From Hyalangium minutum (GTDB lineage Bacteria; Myxococcota; Myxococcia; Myxococcales; Myxococcaceae), in assembly GCF_000737315.1 (NCBI RefSeq), contig NZ_JMCB01000008.1:20001-268000 (forward strand): a DNA stretch of 248,000 bases, read 5' to 3'. Shown one piece after another: positions 143,168 through 153,912 of this stretch; the first letter of the stretch is position 1; every line of letters starts with the position of its first letter. The notes beneath the pieces are model-generated. The model had not been told where the DNA came from and did not search any database. It saw nothing but the letters and a program-made list of their open reading frames with translations. Both the position numbers and the translations under genes were made by a program.

Positions 143168-144247
143168 ATGGCTCCCATCCGAATTCTCGTGGCGGAAGGT
143201 TCCGCGGTCGCCCGGAGGGAGATCTCCCAGATGCTGGGCTCCGACTCGGAGCTGGAGGTGGTCGCCATCGCGCCCACCGGGCATATCGCGCTGGAGAAAG
143301 CCGAGCAGCTCCGCCCCGAGGTGATGGTGCTGGAGCTGACGCTGCCGGACATGAAGGGGATGGACGTGCTCAAGGCGGTGCGCCGGCAGTACCCCCGCCT
143401 GCCCGTGCTCATCTTCAGCGCGCTGGCGGAGAGCACCGGGAACATCACCATGGATGCGCTCGCCAATGGCGCGAGCGACTACATCACCAAGCCGACGACC
143501 TCCGGCGGTGTCCCCTTCCTGGAGCAGGCCCGGGAGCAGTTGATCACGAAGATCAAGGAGCTGCACTCGCGCATCCAGCCGGAGCCTCCGAAGGCGGCCC
143601 CGCTGCGCAAGCGGCACGAGCTGGCCAAGGCCCCCACCCGGCAGCCTCGCATTGGCGTGGTGGTGATTGGCGCCTCGACGGGCGGGCCCAACATGCTGGT
143701 CGAGGTGCTCTCTGCAATCCCCGGGGACTTCCCGGTGCCGGTGCTCATCGCCCAGCACATGCCCCCCGGCTTCACGAAGCTGTTCGCCGAGCGCCTGGAC
143801 ACACTGTCCCCGCTGCAGATCCGCGAGGCTCTGTCCGGAGAGCAGTTGCGCGCGGGACAGGTGTGGATTGCTCCGGGGGACTATCACATGGCGGTCACCC
143901 GCGACGGGCCGATGGTGCGGCTGCTGACGCACAAGGGCCCGCTGGAGAACTCCTGCCGGCCCGCGGTGGATGTGCTGTTCCGCACGGCCGCCGCGGCTTA
144001 CGGAGCGGGCGTACTGGCCGTGGTGATGACGGGCATGGGCCAGGACGGGATGAAGGGCAGCCAGGTGGTGAGCCAGGCCGGTGGGCGGATCATCGTCCAG
144101 GACCCGGACACGTGCGTCGTGGGGAGCATGCCGCAGGCGGTGCTCCAGGCGGGGCTGGCTCACCAGGTGGTGTCCCTGAAGAACCTGGGCCCAGAGATCG
144201 TCCGCCGCGTCCTGCAGACGCTGTCTCCGCACCAAACCGCCGGCTGA
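143168..144247 (+). CDS. cheB: Orphan chemotaxis methylesterase
   Basis: GASTGG, QHMP, MTGMGQDG. Confidence 0.88.
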   Translation: MAPIRILVAEGSAVARREISQMLGSDSELEVVAIAPTGHIALEKAEQLRPEVMVLELTLPDMKGMDVLKAVRRQYPRLPVLIFSALAESTGNITMDALANGASDYITKPTTSGGVPFLEQAREQLITKIKELHSRIQPEPPKAAPLRKRHELAKAPTRQPRIGVVVIGASTGGPNMLVEVLSAIPGDFPVPVLIAQHMPPGFTKLFAERLDTLSPLQIREALSGEQLRAGQVWIAPGDYHMAVTRDGPMVRLLTHKGPLENSCRPAVDVLFRTAAAAYGAGVLAVVMTGMGQDGMKGSQVVSQAGGRIIVQDPDTCVVGSMPQAVLQAGLAHQVVSLKNLGPEIVRRVLQTLSPHQTAG

Positions 144248-144365
144248 AGTTCAGCCCGGGGCTTGGACGTCCTGCCGCGGAGCAGCCGAGAGAGCAGGCG
144301 CGCGCGTACTCATGCATACCTTCCCCCCAATCGTCCCCACTGACGGAGGACGAGTTGGTGGGGCG

Positions 144366-145349
144366 ATGGAGACCATTCAGGTTCCAATCATCGGGTGGAT
144401 TGCCTTCGGCGTGCTGGTGCTGGGACTGCTCGCTGTGGATCTGCTGGCCCACCGGAAGAAGCACGGCGAGTCCAAGCGCAGCGCCATGGCGTGGAGTGCT
144501 GGGTGGATCGCGCTCGGACTGAGCTTCAGCGTGTTTGTCTGGAAGATGTTCGGCGCGCAAGCCGCGCACGAGTACCTGGGCGCGTGGCTCATCGAGAAGA
144601 GCCTGAGCCTGGACAACCTCTTCGTCTTCCTCGTCATCTTCCGCAGCCTCAGTGTCCCCGAAGACGAGCAGCGGCGCGTGCTGTTCTGGGGCATCTTCGG
144701 GGCGCTGCTGTTCCGGGCCCTGTTCATCTTCGCGGGGGTGGAGGCGCTGGAGCACTGGCACGCCGTCGTCTACGTGTTCGGCGCGATTCTGCTCGTCACC
144801 GCCATCCGGGTCGCCTTCGAGGACCCGGCGCGCCAGCGCGAGAGCTCGGTGGTGCGGTGGCTCTCCCACCGGCTGCCGATCAGCGCGTCGGTGGATGGGC
144901 CGCACTTCTTCACCAAGCAGATGGGGAGGCGCATGGCAACGCCGCTGCTGGTGGCGCTGATCGCCATCGAGATCACGGACATCGCGTTCGCGGTCGACTC
145001 GGTGCCTGCGGCGCTGGCGGTGACCCAGAAACCCTTCCTTGTCTACACGTCGAACGTGTTCGCCATCCTCGGCTTGAGGGCGCTCTACATCGCGCTGGCA
145101 CATGTCATCTCGGAGCTGCGCTACCTGCACTATGGGCTCGCTGCGGTGCTGGCGTTCGCGGGGCTGAAGATGATTGTTCCGGACCGCTGGGTGCACGTGC
145201 CACCGCTGGCCTCGGCGCTGGTCGTCCTCGTGTGCATCGGAACCGCAGTCGCCGCGAGCCTCTGGTCCCGGGCCCGGAAGCGCAGGCGTGAACAGAAGCC
145301 CAAGAGCCCAGGGCCGGGAGAAGCTGGGCACCGCGAAGTCCCAGTCTGA
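144366..145349 (+). CDS. TerC/Alx family Mn exporter
   Basis: EKSLSLDN, FAVDSVPA, SNVFAILGLR. Confidence 0.9.
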   Translation: METIQVPIIGWIAFGVLVLGLLAVDLLAHRKKHGESKRSAMAWSAGWIALGLSFSVFVWKMFGAQAAHEYLGAWLIEKSLSLDNLFVFLVIFRSLSVPEDEQRRVLFWGIFGALLFRALFIFAGVEALEHWHAVVYVFGAILLVTAIRVAFEDPARQRESSVVRWLSHRLPISASVDGPHFFTKQMGRRMATPLLVALIAIEITDIAFAVDSVPAALAVTQKPFLVYTSNVFAILGLRALYIALAHVISELRYLHYGLAAVLAFAGLKMIVPDRWVHVPPLASALVVLVCIGTAVAASLWSRARKRRREQKPKSPGPGEAGHREVPV

Positions 145350-145377
145350 AGCCCGGCACGGAGCCGAGGGACGCGCT

Positions 145378-145761
145378 ATGAAGAGGGGCATGAGGCACGT
145401 GTTCCAGAACGGCGAAGTGCTGGCGGCCAGCCTGCTCGTGGCATGCGCCGTGGGACCTCGGGAACTGCGCGACGAGGGCAGCGAGCGCATCGAGGAGGCC
145501 ATGCGTCCGGAACCGCACCCGGACGTGCTCCCAGAGGGAATCTTCCTGGGAGACGATGCGCCTCCGCTCGCGCCCTCGGAGTCCGAGGTAGCAAGTGCCA
145601 CGGGAGATGCGCCCTCAAATGCCGAGCCTCCGCAGCCTGGGTGGCTCTACGGCACCGTACCTGTGATTGTTCCGGGTCCGGTGTTCGGTCCGTCTCCCGG
145701 CGCCGTGCGCTACCACATCGAGCCCAAGCCCGGAGGCAGCATCCCAGGTTTGCTACCCTGA
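145378..145761 (+). CDS. Hypothetical lipoprotein
   Basis: LLVAC lipobox. Confidence 0.4.
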   Translation: MKRGMRHVFQNGEVLAASLLVACAVGPRELRDEGSERIEEAMRPEPHPDVLPEGIFLGDDAPPLAPSESEVASATGDAPSNAEPPQPGWLYGTVPVIVPGPVFGPSPGAVRYHIEPKPGGSIPGLLP

Positions 145762-145791
145762 GCCTCCCTAACATTCTGGAGAGGTCTCCCC

Positions 145792-146070
145792 ATGGTTTCT
145801 GAGGGGTCCTATAGCCCGCGTTTCTTCGTCCTTGAACAGGACATATTCGGGCCCCACGACACCAAGTTCGACACGACCGGGGCTGTCATTTTGGGAGACG
145901 CTCCGCGGTGCCCACGATGTGGTGCTCCCATCGGCATGCGGACGTGGCTGCCTCCCTATCGTGTCGAGCTTGAGTTGCACGGCCGCACTCCGAGAAGCCG
146001 ACCTCACTCGGCGTCAAATTGTCCTGGCATACTCCAGAACGGGCCACCCTTGACCCACGGCCCCGCTTGA
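145792..146070 (+). pseudogene. Truncated CxxCG immunity-like gene
   Basis: GDAPRCPRCG..W.PP; stops early. Confidence 0.5.
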
Positions 146071-146080
146071 ATGAAAGGAC

Positions 146081-147010
146081 GTGGCCATGCGTCTCCGGAC
146101 GTGCAGCGCCCCCCTGCTCCTGCTCCTTCTCTCGGCCTGCGCAACGATGGATCCGATCCCGGGAGAACCGGAGGACCCGAGCCCGAGACTCACCAACCTT
146201 CAGCGGGCGGCGCTCTACCCCTGGACGGACGACGGGCATTGCGTGGTGCGCGAAGCCGCGAACGAATGGCCCGTCCTGGCGGAGCGGTGCTTTCACGCTC
146301 TTGATCGCGACAGAGTCAGGTTTCGGGACGTCACAAAAAGATGCGCTGTCGCCTCTGCGGTTGCGGCTGCCGTGCCCATGAGCGTAGCGCTCTGCATCTT
146401 CGCGTCGCCGGCAGTGGTAACTGGAGCGGTGATTGTGATTGGCGCGGTGGTGGTGGCAGCCGCCATCCAAGAGGGGATTGATACCTATCAACGAAACGCA
146501 TCCCGCGAGCGCGCGAAGACCAAGACTCAGACACAGCCCTCCAGTGAGCAGGAGCCCGTAGCGAACAGAGATCCCAAACCGAAGGGCTTGGGTCGAGACT
146601 GGCTCCCTCCCATTTCATCCGATCCCTCGGAGCGACCTGAGTGCAGGACGATCCCAGGACCTCCCCGTGGAGGAAACGAGCCGCATAACGAGTGTGCCAA
146701 CAAGGTTCCAGGCAACGATTTCCCCGGCCTGAATGTACTTATCACCGGCAAGAGCACAAGTAAGAGCTTCGATGCGCTGGTACTCGCTACGCGCACGCTG
146801 TGGGAAGTTAAAACCTACAACCTTGGCCACCAATCACCCCGCTCTCGGAAATTCCTTGTCGAAGTCAAATTGCCGCAACTCAGAGAAGAAGCCAAGCTTG
146901 CCAAGGAATGTGGCTATAACTTCGTCGTTGGCGTCACGAGCGCTGAGCACAAGGCGCTACTCCAGAGCTTGGAACCGAGCCTCGCGGTCGTTGTCATGGA
147001 TTGGTGCTGA
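146081..147010 (+). CDS. Lipoprotein toxin (DUF6310-like)
   Basis: LSAC lipobox; FDAL...WEVKT; paralog of 77005. Confidence 0.72.
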   Translation: MAMRLRTCSAPLLLLLLSACATMDPIPGEPEDPSPRLTNLQRAALYPWTDDGHCVVREAANEWPVLAERCFHALDRDRVRFRDVTKRCAVASAVAAAVPMSVALCIFASPAVVTGAVIVIGAVVVAAAIQEGIDTYQRNASRERAKTKTQTQPSSEQEPVANRDPKPKGLGRDWLPPISSDPSERPECRTIPGPPRGGNEPHNECANKVPGNDFPGLNVLITGKSTSKSFDALVLATRTLWEVKTYNLGHQSPRSRKFLVEVKLPQLREEAKLAKECGYNFVVGVTSAEHKALLQSLEPSLAVVVMDWC

Positions 147011-147011
147011 C

Positions 147012-147773
147012 GTGGTGCTTGTTCGCAACGAAATTGTTATCAGCGTCTATGCGCCGACGCTCGTGGGCGACGAGACACGCCCTCTTGCCATCGCTCAAGG
147101 AATGGAGCGTGCGCTTCCTGGTCTGCGGCTGGGGTGGACAACTTCTGAAAAGGAAGACCTCATCCCATTGCCTCACCGCGATCAGGGGATAGCGACAGAC
147201 AAGGGAAACGGCGATTTTTTCTTCCTCTGCAACGATGACGAAGATCGCTTGGTGACCCTTAGCGGGTCGGTGAACCCTCTCGGCCTTGCAGCCGACGGTG
147301 TGTCGCACTTCGAGGTTCATGCGAGCCTGCCGCTCGACACGGCGAGTATTGCGGCGGCAGCGGATATGCTGGCAGCCATAGGGGAATTCGCGCTCGCGTT
147401 ATGGGGGCATGCGACGCCGTTCAACGCGGGTGTGGAGATCGCAAAGCAGACGAGTCCCACGTTGGCTGGGCCCCCGTGCCCTCCCCGGGGACTGCCAGCG
147501 CTCAAACTCCCCGACAAGATCCGCTCACCTGAGATTCCGCATCGCCTGGGGTGGCTGAACTACTGGTCGGCCGCTTCCGCACGAACCATCGGGTTCCCGG
147601 ACCCGGCCTGCGATGCCGATCTGCTCACGCGAGCGCGGCGCACGGCGTCAGGCGGGTGGGTCGTGCAGCTCACGGATGCGCCGCTCGATCTCGACAACCC
147701 CGCTCACCTGGACGCGCTGAAGCGGGCCTATGAGCGCTTCCCGGAGATCGGCGGACGCGCCGATCCACGCTGA
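147012..147773 (+). CDS. Immunity protein (DUF5953-like)
   Basis: C-terminal half nearly identical to 77663. Confidence 0.72.
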   Translation: MVLVRNEIVISVYAPTLVGDETRPLAIAQGMERALPGLRLGWTTSEKEDLIPLPHRDQGIATDKGNGDFFFLCNDDEDRLVTLSGSVNPLGLAADGVSHFEVHASLPLDTASIAAAADMLAAIGEFALALWGHATPFNAGVEIAKQTSPTLAGPPCPPRGLPALKLPDKIRSPEIPHRLGWLNYWSAASARTIGFPDPACDADLLTRARRTASGGWVVQLTDAPLDLDNPAHLDALKRAYERFPEIGGRADPR

Positions 147774-147862
147774 CTGAGGCTAACGCGCGTTTCCCGGCGC
147801 GTGTCCACGAGGCCCGAGCTTGGGCGGCAGACGGTCATCGTCCCGGGCGCCGAATACGCAGT

Positions 147863-149059
147863 TCAAGTTCCAAGGAACTCGCGGTGCAACCGGGCCGTGA
147901 GCGGCTTCAGGTACGCCTTGTCCACCAGCAGCGACAGCTGCAGCGGCGAGGTGTGGACCGCGTGAACCCGCGCCCCCAGTTCCTCCGCCGCCAGCAGGGC
148001 GCGGCTCAGATACCCCCAGTCCGCGTTGATGCCCGCCCCCACACACGTCACCGTGCCCACCTGCTCCTGCAGCGACACGTCGTCACCGAAGCGCGTGGCC
148101 AGATCCTTCTGCACCGCCTCCAGCCCGTGCACGTCCTGCAGCGGCACCGCGATATAGGCCCGTGGCTCGCGGCCCAGCAGCCCGTCGAAGCTCAGCGCCC
148201 GGCCTCGCACGCCCCGCGCGTCCAGGAACTCGAGCAACTCCGGCAGCCGCACCCGCTCCGAGGCCGCTGACAGCACCGCCATCTCCTGCTCCGCCGTCAC
148301 GCCTTTCACCCGCGTGTCCGCTGGGCCCGCCAGTTCCTGCACCGCCGTGCCCGTCCCCTGCCCGTGCGCCGTGCGCGCCAGGATGACGATCCCCTTCGCC
148401 TTGGCGAACTCCACTGCCTGCGCGTTGAGCACCTTTGCCCCCGCGCTCGCCAGCTCCTGCATCTCATCGTACGTGAGCGACTCCAGCTTGCGCGCGTCCG
148501 GCACCACCCGTGGGTCCGCCGAGAAGATGCCATCCACGTCCGAGTAGATCTCACACGCCTCGGCCTCGAGCGCCGCCGCCAGCGCCACCGCCGTCGTGTC
148601 CGAGCCACCACGCCCCAGCGTCGTCACCTCCTTCTTATAGGAGACGCCCTGGTACCCTGCGACGATGACCACCTTGCCCCGATCCAGCTCCTCGAAGACC
148701 CGGTAAGGGCGTACCTCCACGATGCGCGCCTGCGAATGCGTGTCGTTGGTGATGATGCCACTCTGGCTGCCCGTGAAGCTGATGGCCGGCACTTCCAGCT
148801 CCTGAAGCGCCATGGACAGCAGCGCCATGGAGATGCGCTCGCCGCACGTCAGCAGCATGTCCAGTTCGCGCCGCGGAGGGTCGGGCGACACCTGCTTGGC
148901 CAGCGAGAGCAGGTCGTCCGTGGTGTCCCCCATGGCGGAGACGACGACCACTACCTGGTAGCCCGCCTCGCGCTTGGCTTTCACGCGCTGAGCCACCTTG
149001 CGAATCTTCTCCACATCCGCGACCGACGAGCCGCCGTACTTCTGGACCACGATGGGCAT
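147863..149059 (-). CDS. lysC: Aspartate kinase
   Basis: [16 protein letters not shown]. Confidence 0.93.
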   Translation of the reverse strand: MPIVVQKYGGSSVADVEKIRKVAQRVKAKREAGYQVVVVVSAMGDTTDDLLSLAKQVSPDPPRRELDMLLTCGERISMALLSMALQELEVPAISFTGSQSGIITNDTHSQARIVEVRPYRVFEELDRGKVVIVAGYQGVSYKKEVTTLGRGGSDTTAVALAAALEAEACEIYSDVDGIFSADPRVVPDARKLESLTYDEMQELASAGAKVLNAQAVEFAKAKGIVILARTAHGQGTGTAVQELAGPADTRVKGVTAEQEMAVLSAASERVRLPELLEFLDARGVRGRALSFDGLLGREPRAYIAVPLQDVHGLEAVQKDLATRFGDDVSLQEQVGTVTCVGAGINADWGYLSRALLAAEELGARVHAVHTSPLQLSLLVDKAYLKPLTARLHREFLGT

Positions 149060-149214
149060 ATCCGCCTCGTTACCTTGTTGGGCGTGGCCGGGAAACCACA
149101 CCGAGAGACTTCCATGCAGGACGCCGGCCAACAGCACGCACGGTCTGACCGAGCAACCGGCCGACTCCTTGACAGGTTGGGATCCCCCCATATACCCAGG
149201 CCGGAGGCTTCCCC

Positions 149215-149943
149215 ATGGCGATGATTGAGGTTCAGAACCTCACGAAGCGGTACCGGGACCGGAGTGCCATCGAGGGACTCACCTTCAGCGTCAACGAAGG
149301 GGAGATCCTGGGCTTCCTGGGTCCCAACGGAGCGGGCAAGTCCACGACCATGAAGATCCTCACCGGGTTCCTGCCCCCGTCCATGGGCACGGCCAAGGTG
149401 GCGGGCTTCGATGTCTTCGAGCAGCCGCTCGAGGTGAAGCGTCGCATCGGCTACCTGCCAGAGACGCCGCCGCTCTACCCGGAGATGACGGTGCGCGGGT
149501 ACCTGAAGTTCGTCGCCGAGCTCAAGAAGGTCCCCGGCCGCGGACTGAAGGCCGAGCTCGACCGGGTGGCGGGCCTCACCGGGCTGTCGGACATCATGGA
149601 CCGCGTCATCCAGAACCTCTCCAAGGGCTACAAGCAGCGCGTGGGCATCGCGCAGGCCCTGCTCGGCTCGCCGCCGGTCCTCATCCTCGACGAGCCCACC
149701 GAGGGGCTCGACCCTTCGCAGCGCGCCGACGTGCGCTCCCTCATCAAGGGGCTCGCGGGCAAGCACACCCTCATCCTCTCCACGCACATCCTGCCGGAGG
149801 TGACGATGACGTGTGAGAAGGTGCTCATCATCCACCAGGGGAAGATGGTCGCCTACGACGAGATCCAGAAGCTCGTCTCCGTGCACGGACAGGCGGCCAA
149901 CGTCTCGCTCGAAGAGATCTTCATCAAGCTCACGGCGGCCTGA
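149215..149943 (+). CDS. ABC ATPase (GldA-like)
   Basis: [16 protein letters not shown]. Confidence 0.88.
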   Translation: MAMIEVQNLTKRYRDRSAIEGLTFSVNEGEILGFLGPNGAGKSTTMKILTGFLPPSMGTAKVAGFDVFEQPLEVKRRIGYLPETPPLYPEMTVRGYLKFVAELKKVPGRGLKAELDRVAGLTGLSDIMDRVIQNLSKGYKQRVGIAQALLGSPPVLILDEPTEGLDPSQRADVRSLIKGLAGKHTLILSTHILPEVTMTCEKVLIIHQGKMVAYDEIQKLVSVHGQAANVSLEEIFIKLTAA

Positions 149944-149976
149944 GGGCCCCCTCCCCCGTTCCCGAGAGGATTTCCC

Positions 149977-150780
149977 ATGCGCACCGCCTTGGCGATCGCC
150001 CGCAAGGAGCTGTCCATCTACTTCACCACCCCGTGGGCCTACGTGGTCTTCACGGCCATGGTGGCGCTGTCCTCGTTCTTCTTCATGGGCCTGCTGCAGG
150101 CCTTCCAGCAGGTGCAGGAGATGGCCCAGGCCGTCGGCTGGAACCAGCTGCCCCCAGACGCCGCCAGCTACCGCAACCTCACCGACGGCGTCGTCGTCCA
150201 GCTGTGGGGCGTGGTCCTCATCGTCACGCTCTTCGTGGCGCCCTTCCTCTCCATGCGCCTGTTCGCCGAGGAGAAGCGCAACAAGACCTTCGAGCTGCTG
150301 ATGACGACGCCCGTGCGTCCCTTCGAACTCGTGCTGGGCAAGTACCTGGGCGGGCTGGGCATCATCTCCGCCACGTTGGGGCTCACCATCGTCTTTCCGC
150401 TCATGCTGACGGTATTCGGAGCGAGCGAGACAGGCTCGGTGCTGGAGTGGCCCACGGTGCTGCTCGGCTATGGGGCGGTGCTGCTGTGGGGCGCGACGTG
150501 CATGGCGGTGGGCATGTTCATCTCCGCGCTCACCGAGAGCCAGATGGTCGCCGCGCTGCTCACCTTCGCGGTGATGCTGCCGTGGATGCTGCTGCGCGGG
150601 CTGGCACAGGGCGTGGAGGAGCCCCTGCACTCGCTCATCACCTACCTGGCCTTCGACTCGCAGCTGTCGAACCTCATCAAGGGCGTGCTGGATCTCAAGG
150701 CGCTCGTGTTCTTCCTGTCCGTCATCCTCTTCTCGCTGCTGCTCACCCATCGCACCGTGGAGGCTCAGCGCTGGGCGTAG
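149977..150780 (+). CDS. ABC-2 permease (GldF-like)
   Basis: MRLFAEEK..T.ELL.T.P. Confidence 0.8.
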   Translation: MRTALAIARKELSIYFTTPWAYVVFTAMVALSSFFFMGLLQAFQQVQEMAQAVGWNQLPPDAASYRNLTDGVVVQLWGVVLIVTLFVAPFLSMRLFAEEKRNKTFELLMTTPVRPFELVLGKYLGGLGIISATLGLTIVFPLMLTVFGASETGSVLEWPTVLLGYGAVLLWGATCMAVGMFISALTESQMVAALLTFAVMLPWMLLRGLAQGVEEPLHSLITYLAFDSQLSNLIKGVLDLKALVFFLSVILFSLLLTHRTVEAQRWA

Positions 150781-150798
150781 CCCTGGCGCGAGGAACCC

Positions 150799-152370
150799 AT
150801 GAACTTCTCCTCTGTCGGAAAGATTCTCGGTGCGCTCGGGCTCCTGCTGCTGCTGTCGAGCCCGTTCACCCTGTTCTTCACCTCGGGCTCCGTGGCGCTC
150901 ACGGCGGCCAAGGCTGTGTCGGGCCTCGTGCTGCTGGGCATCTACTTCGCCACCAACTTCCAGCAGTTCGGCCAGTTCGCCACGCGGCGCTCCAGCTTCT
151001 TCTTCGCCACCTCCATGCTGATGGGAGTGGTGACACTGGGCGGGCTGGGCGCGCTCAACTACATCGCGTTCAAGAAGAACAAGAGCTGGGACCTGACGAA
151101 GCAGAAGGTCTTCACCCTGGCGCCGCAGACGACCACCACGCTCACCGGGCTCAAGGAGAAGGTGCGCGCCATCGGCTTCATGCCTCCCAGCCACCAGTAC
151201 TACGACATGGTGGAGCAGCTCTTCCGGCGCTACCAGGCTGCGGCCCCCGACAAGTTCGAGTACTCCTTCAAGGATCCCGCGCGTCACCCGGATCTGGCGG
151301 CCAAGTACCAGCTCAAAGAGGGCCAGACCACGGTGGTGCTCGTGCGCGGCGAGGGCGACAAGGAGTCGCACACCACCCTCAACATGCTCTCCGAGCAGGA
151401 CCTCACCAACGCCCTCATCAAGATCAACTCGGTGGGCTCGCAGAAGGTGTACTTCCTCACCGGCCACGGCGAGTGGCCACTGGAGGCCGAGGCCGCCGCG
151501 CCGGGCGATCCCGGTGGAGCGCTCTCGGAGTTCCGCAAGCACCTGCTCCAGGAGGGCTACACCGCCGAGGAGCTGAACCTGGCAGGGCAGAAGGAGGTCC
151601 CCCGGGACGCGTCGCTGGTGATCATTCCCGGCGCGAAGACGCCCTACACGGCGCCGGAGGCGGAGGCGCTGCGCCAGTACCTCGCGCAGGGTGGGCGGAT
151701 GCTCTACTTCGCGGACTTCAACGCCGAGCCGAAGCTGGACGCGCTCCTGGCCGAGTACGGCGTCGAGGTGGACAAGGGCATCGCCGCGGACCCGCAGTTC
151801 AACAGCGGCAACCCCTATGCACTGGTCTCCGCCTTCTACAGCGAGCACGAGCTGACCCGGCCCCTGCGCCAGCTCAAGCTCAACATCGAGTTCCCCACGG
151901 CGCGCAGCCTCACGGTGCTGCGCCAGGGCATGGCCGAGGGCGTCAAGGCCGAGCCCGTGGTGCTCTCCTCCCCCTTCGCGTGGGTGGAGACGACGCCGGC
152001 CGCGGACGCCACCCCCTCGGATGGCGAGAAGTCCGGCCAGCTCGTCCTGGTGGCCGCCGCCACGCGGGACACGAAGAACGCCCCGGACAAGCGCTTCGAT
152101 GAGGCGCGCGTGGTGGTGATGGGTGACTCGGAGATCCTCCTGGACGCCAACTGGGGCCACGAGGCCAACCGCAACCTCGTGCTGAATGCGCTCGGCTGGG
152201 CGTCGAACCAGGTCGAGAAGATCACCATCCGCCCGCCGGACCGCGACGTGTCCACATTGCAGATGGATCCGGACATGCTGGAGAACATCCGCTTCGTGTC
152301 CACGGACCTGCTGCCCCTGACCCTCATGGGCATGGGGCTGGCCATCTGGCTGTCGAGGCGAAACAAGTGA
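150799..152370 (+). CDS. GldG-like auxiliary protein
   Basis: WDLT...TL, FLTGHGE. Confidence 0.8.
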   Translation: MNFSSVGKILGALGLLLLLSSPFTLFFTSGSVALTAAKAVSGLVLLGIYFATNFQQFGQFATRRSSFFFATSMLMGVVTLGGLGALNYIAFKKNKSWDLTKQKVFTLAPQTTTTLTGLKEKVRAIGFMPPSHQYYDMVEQLFRRYQAAAPDKFEYSFKDPARHPDLAAKYQLKEGQTTVVLVRGEGDKESHTTLNMLSEQDLTNALIKINSVGSQKVYFLTGHGEWPLEAEAAAPGDPGGALSEFRKHLLQEGYTAEELNLAGQKEVPRDASLVIIPGAKTPYTAPEAEALRQYLAQGGRMLYFADFNAEPKLDALLAEYGVEVDKGIAADPQFNSGNPYALVSAFYSEHELTRPLRQLKLNIEFPTARSLTVLRQGMAEGVKAEPVVLSSPFAWVETTPAADATPSDGEKSGQLVLVAAATRDTKNAPDKRFDEARVVVMGDSEILLDANWGHEANRNLVLNALGWASNQVEKITIRPPDRDVSTLQMDPDMLENIRFVSTDLLPLTLMGMGLAIWLSRRNK

Positions 152371-153911
152371 AGCAGACCCAAAAGAACCTCGTCACCCTGG
152401 TGCTGGCCACCGCCGCCGCTGCGGGCCTGGGCCTCTACGCGTACTTCGGAGTGAAGGAGCCGGAGCGGAAGGAGGCCGTGCGCAAGGAACAAGCCGAGAA
152501 GCTCTTCGCTCCCGAGACTCCCGGCGAGAAGCCCACTCAGGGCGCCACCGCTCCTGCGGCCGTCTTCACGCAGCTCACCGTCCAGTCCAAGGGCATCACC
152601 GCGACGCTGGAGCGCCAAGGCACCACGTGGTTCCTCACCGCTCCGGTGAAGGGCAAGGCGGACAAGCCCACCGTGGAGGGCATCCTCGCCCAGCTGCACG
152701 CCGGTAAGTTCAAGGCCACCGTCGAGGAGGCTCCCACCGACGAGGACCTCAAGAAGTACGGCCTCCTGCCTCCCGTGTTCTCGGTGGCGGCGAAGGCCTA
152801 TGTCCCGGACGCCTCAGGCGGTGGTCAGGACGATCCCGCGCGCCAGCGCACGGTGACGCTGCTCGGCGGCATCGAGAACACCTTCGATGGCTCCCTGTAC
152901 GTGCGCCGCGATGGCGACCCACGCGTGTACTCCGCGGATGGCTCCGTGCGCTACGCACTGGAGAAGGATCTGTACGCGCTGCGTGACAAGGAGTTCCTGG
153001 GGTTCGAAGAGGCCTCGCTGAAGGCGATCGAGGTGAAGACCCCAGCGACCAGCTACTCGCTGGAGCGGGAGGCGGATAAGTCCTGGCGGTTGACGAAGCC
153101 CCTGACGGTGCGCGCGGACGGAGAGCGCGTGAAGAAGGCCCTTCTGGCCCTCAAGGAGCAGCGTGCGCTCTCCTTCCCCATGGACTCCGCCGCGGAGCGC
153201 TCGAAGCTGGGCCTGGACAAGCCCGTGGTGGAGGCACGCTTCACGCTCGACCCGGGCGATCCCGTGCGGCTGCGGTTCTCCCTGGTCCCCGAAGGCTCCG
153301 GAGCGAAGGTGTATGCGCTGCGCGAGCAGGGCTCGGAGGCGACGCTCGCTGAGGTCCCCGAAGGCGCGCTCACCGTGCTGAACCTGAGCCTCCCAGAACT
153401 GCGGACCAAGACCGTGCTGAGCTTCAAGCGCGAGGACGTGAAGCGCATCGTCTTCTACCCGGGCGCTGGGGCACCGCCGGCGGTTCTGTCCAACAAGAAC
153501 CCGGCCGCGAACGCGCTGCAGGGCTGGGAGCTGGAGGAGCCCATCACGGGCAAGGTCGAGGGGCTCAAGGTGGCCTCGCTGCTCAGCCTCCTGAGCAGCG
153601 TCAAGGCCTCCAGCTTCGGCGAAGCCAACCCGAAGTGGGAGCAGTACGGCATCACCGACAACGCTCGCAGCTTCTCGCTGCAGGACACGAGCGGCAAGGA
153701 GCTGGCACGGCTGTGGCTTGGCGGCGCGGTGCCGAACAAGGAAGGATCTGTCTACGCCCGGGGATCCAACCCCGAAGTGGCCGAGGTGGAGGCAGCGTGG
153801 CTGGCCCACCTCCCCGAGCGCGCCGAGGACTTCTTGCAGGCCTCCGCCACCGCTGGAACGGACGGTGGCACCCCCGACACGGACGGTGGAGTTCCTGAGG
153901 ACTCGCCCTGA
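152367..153911 (+). CDS. DUF4340 domain protein
   Basis: Repeated W.L..P...AD, YGL..P units. Confidence 0.75.
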   Translation: MKQTQKNLVTLVLATAAAAGLGLYAYFGVKEPERKEAVRKEQAEKLFAPETPGEKPTQGATAPAAVFTQLTVQSKGITATLERQGTTWFLTAPVKGKADKPTVEGILAQLHAGKFKATVEEAPTDEDLKKYGLLPPVFSVAAKAYVPDASGGGQDDPARQRTVTLLGGIENTFDGSLYVRRDGDPRVYSADGSVRYALEKDLYALRDKEFLGFEEASLKAIEVKTPATSYSLEREADKSWRLTKPLTVRADGERVKKALLALKEQRALSFPMDSAAERSKLGLDKPVVEARFTLDPGDPVRLRFSLVPEGSGAKVYALREQGSEATLAEVPEGALTVLNLSLPELRTKTVLSFKREDVKRIVFYPGAGAPPAVLSNKNPAANALQGWELEEPITGKVEGLKVASLLSLLSSVKASSFGEANPKWEQYGITDNARSFSLQDTSGKELARLWLGGAVPNKEGSVYARGSNPEVAEVEAAWLAHLPERAEDFLQASATAGTDGGTPDTDGGVPEDSP

Positions 153912-153912
153912 G

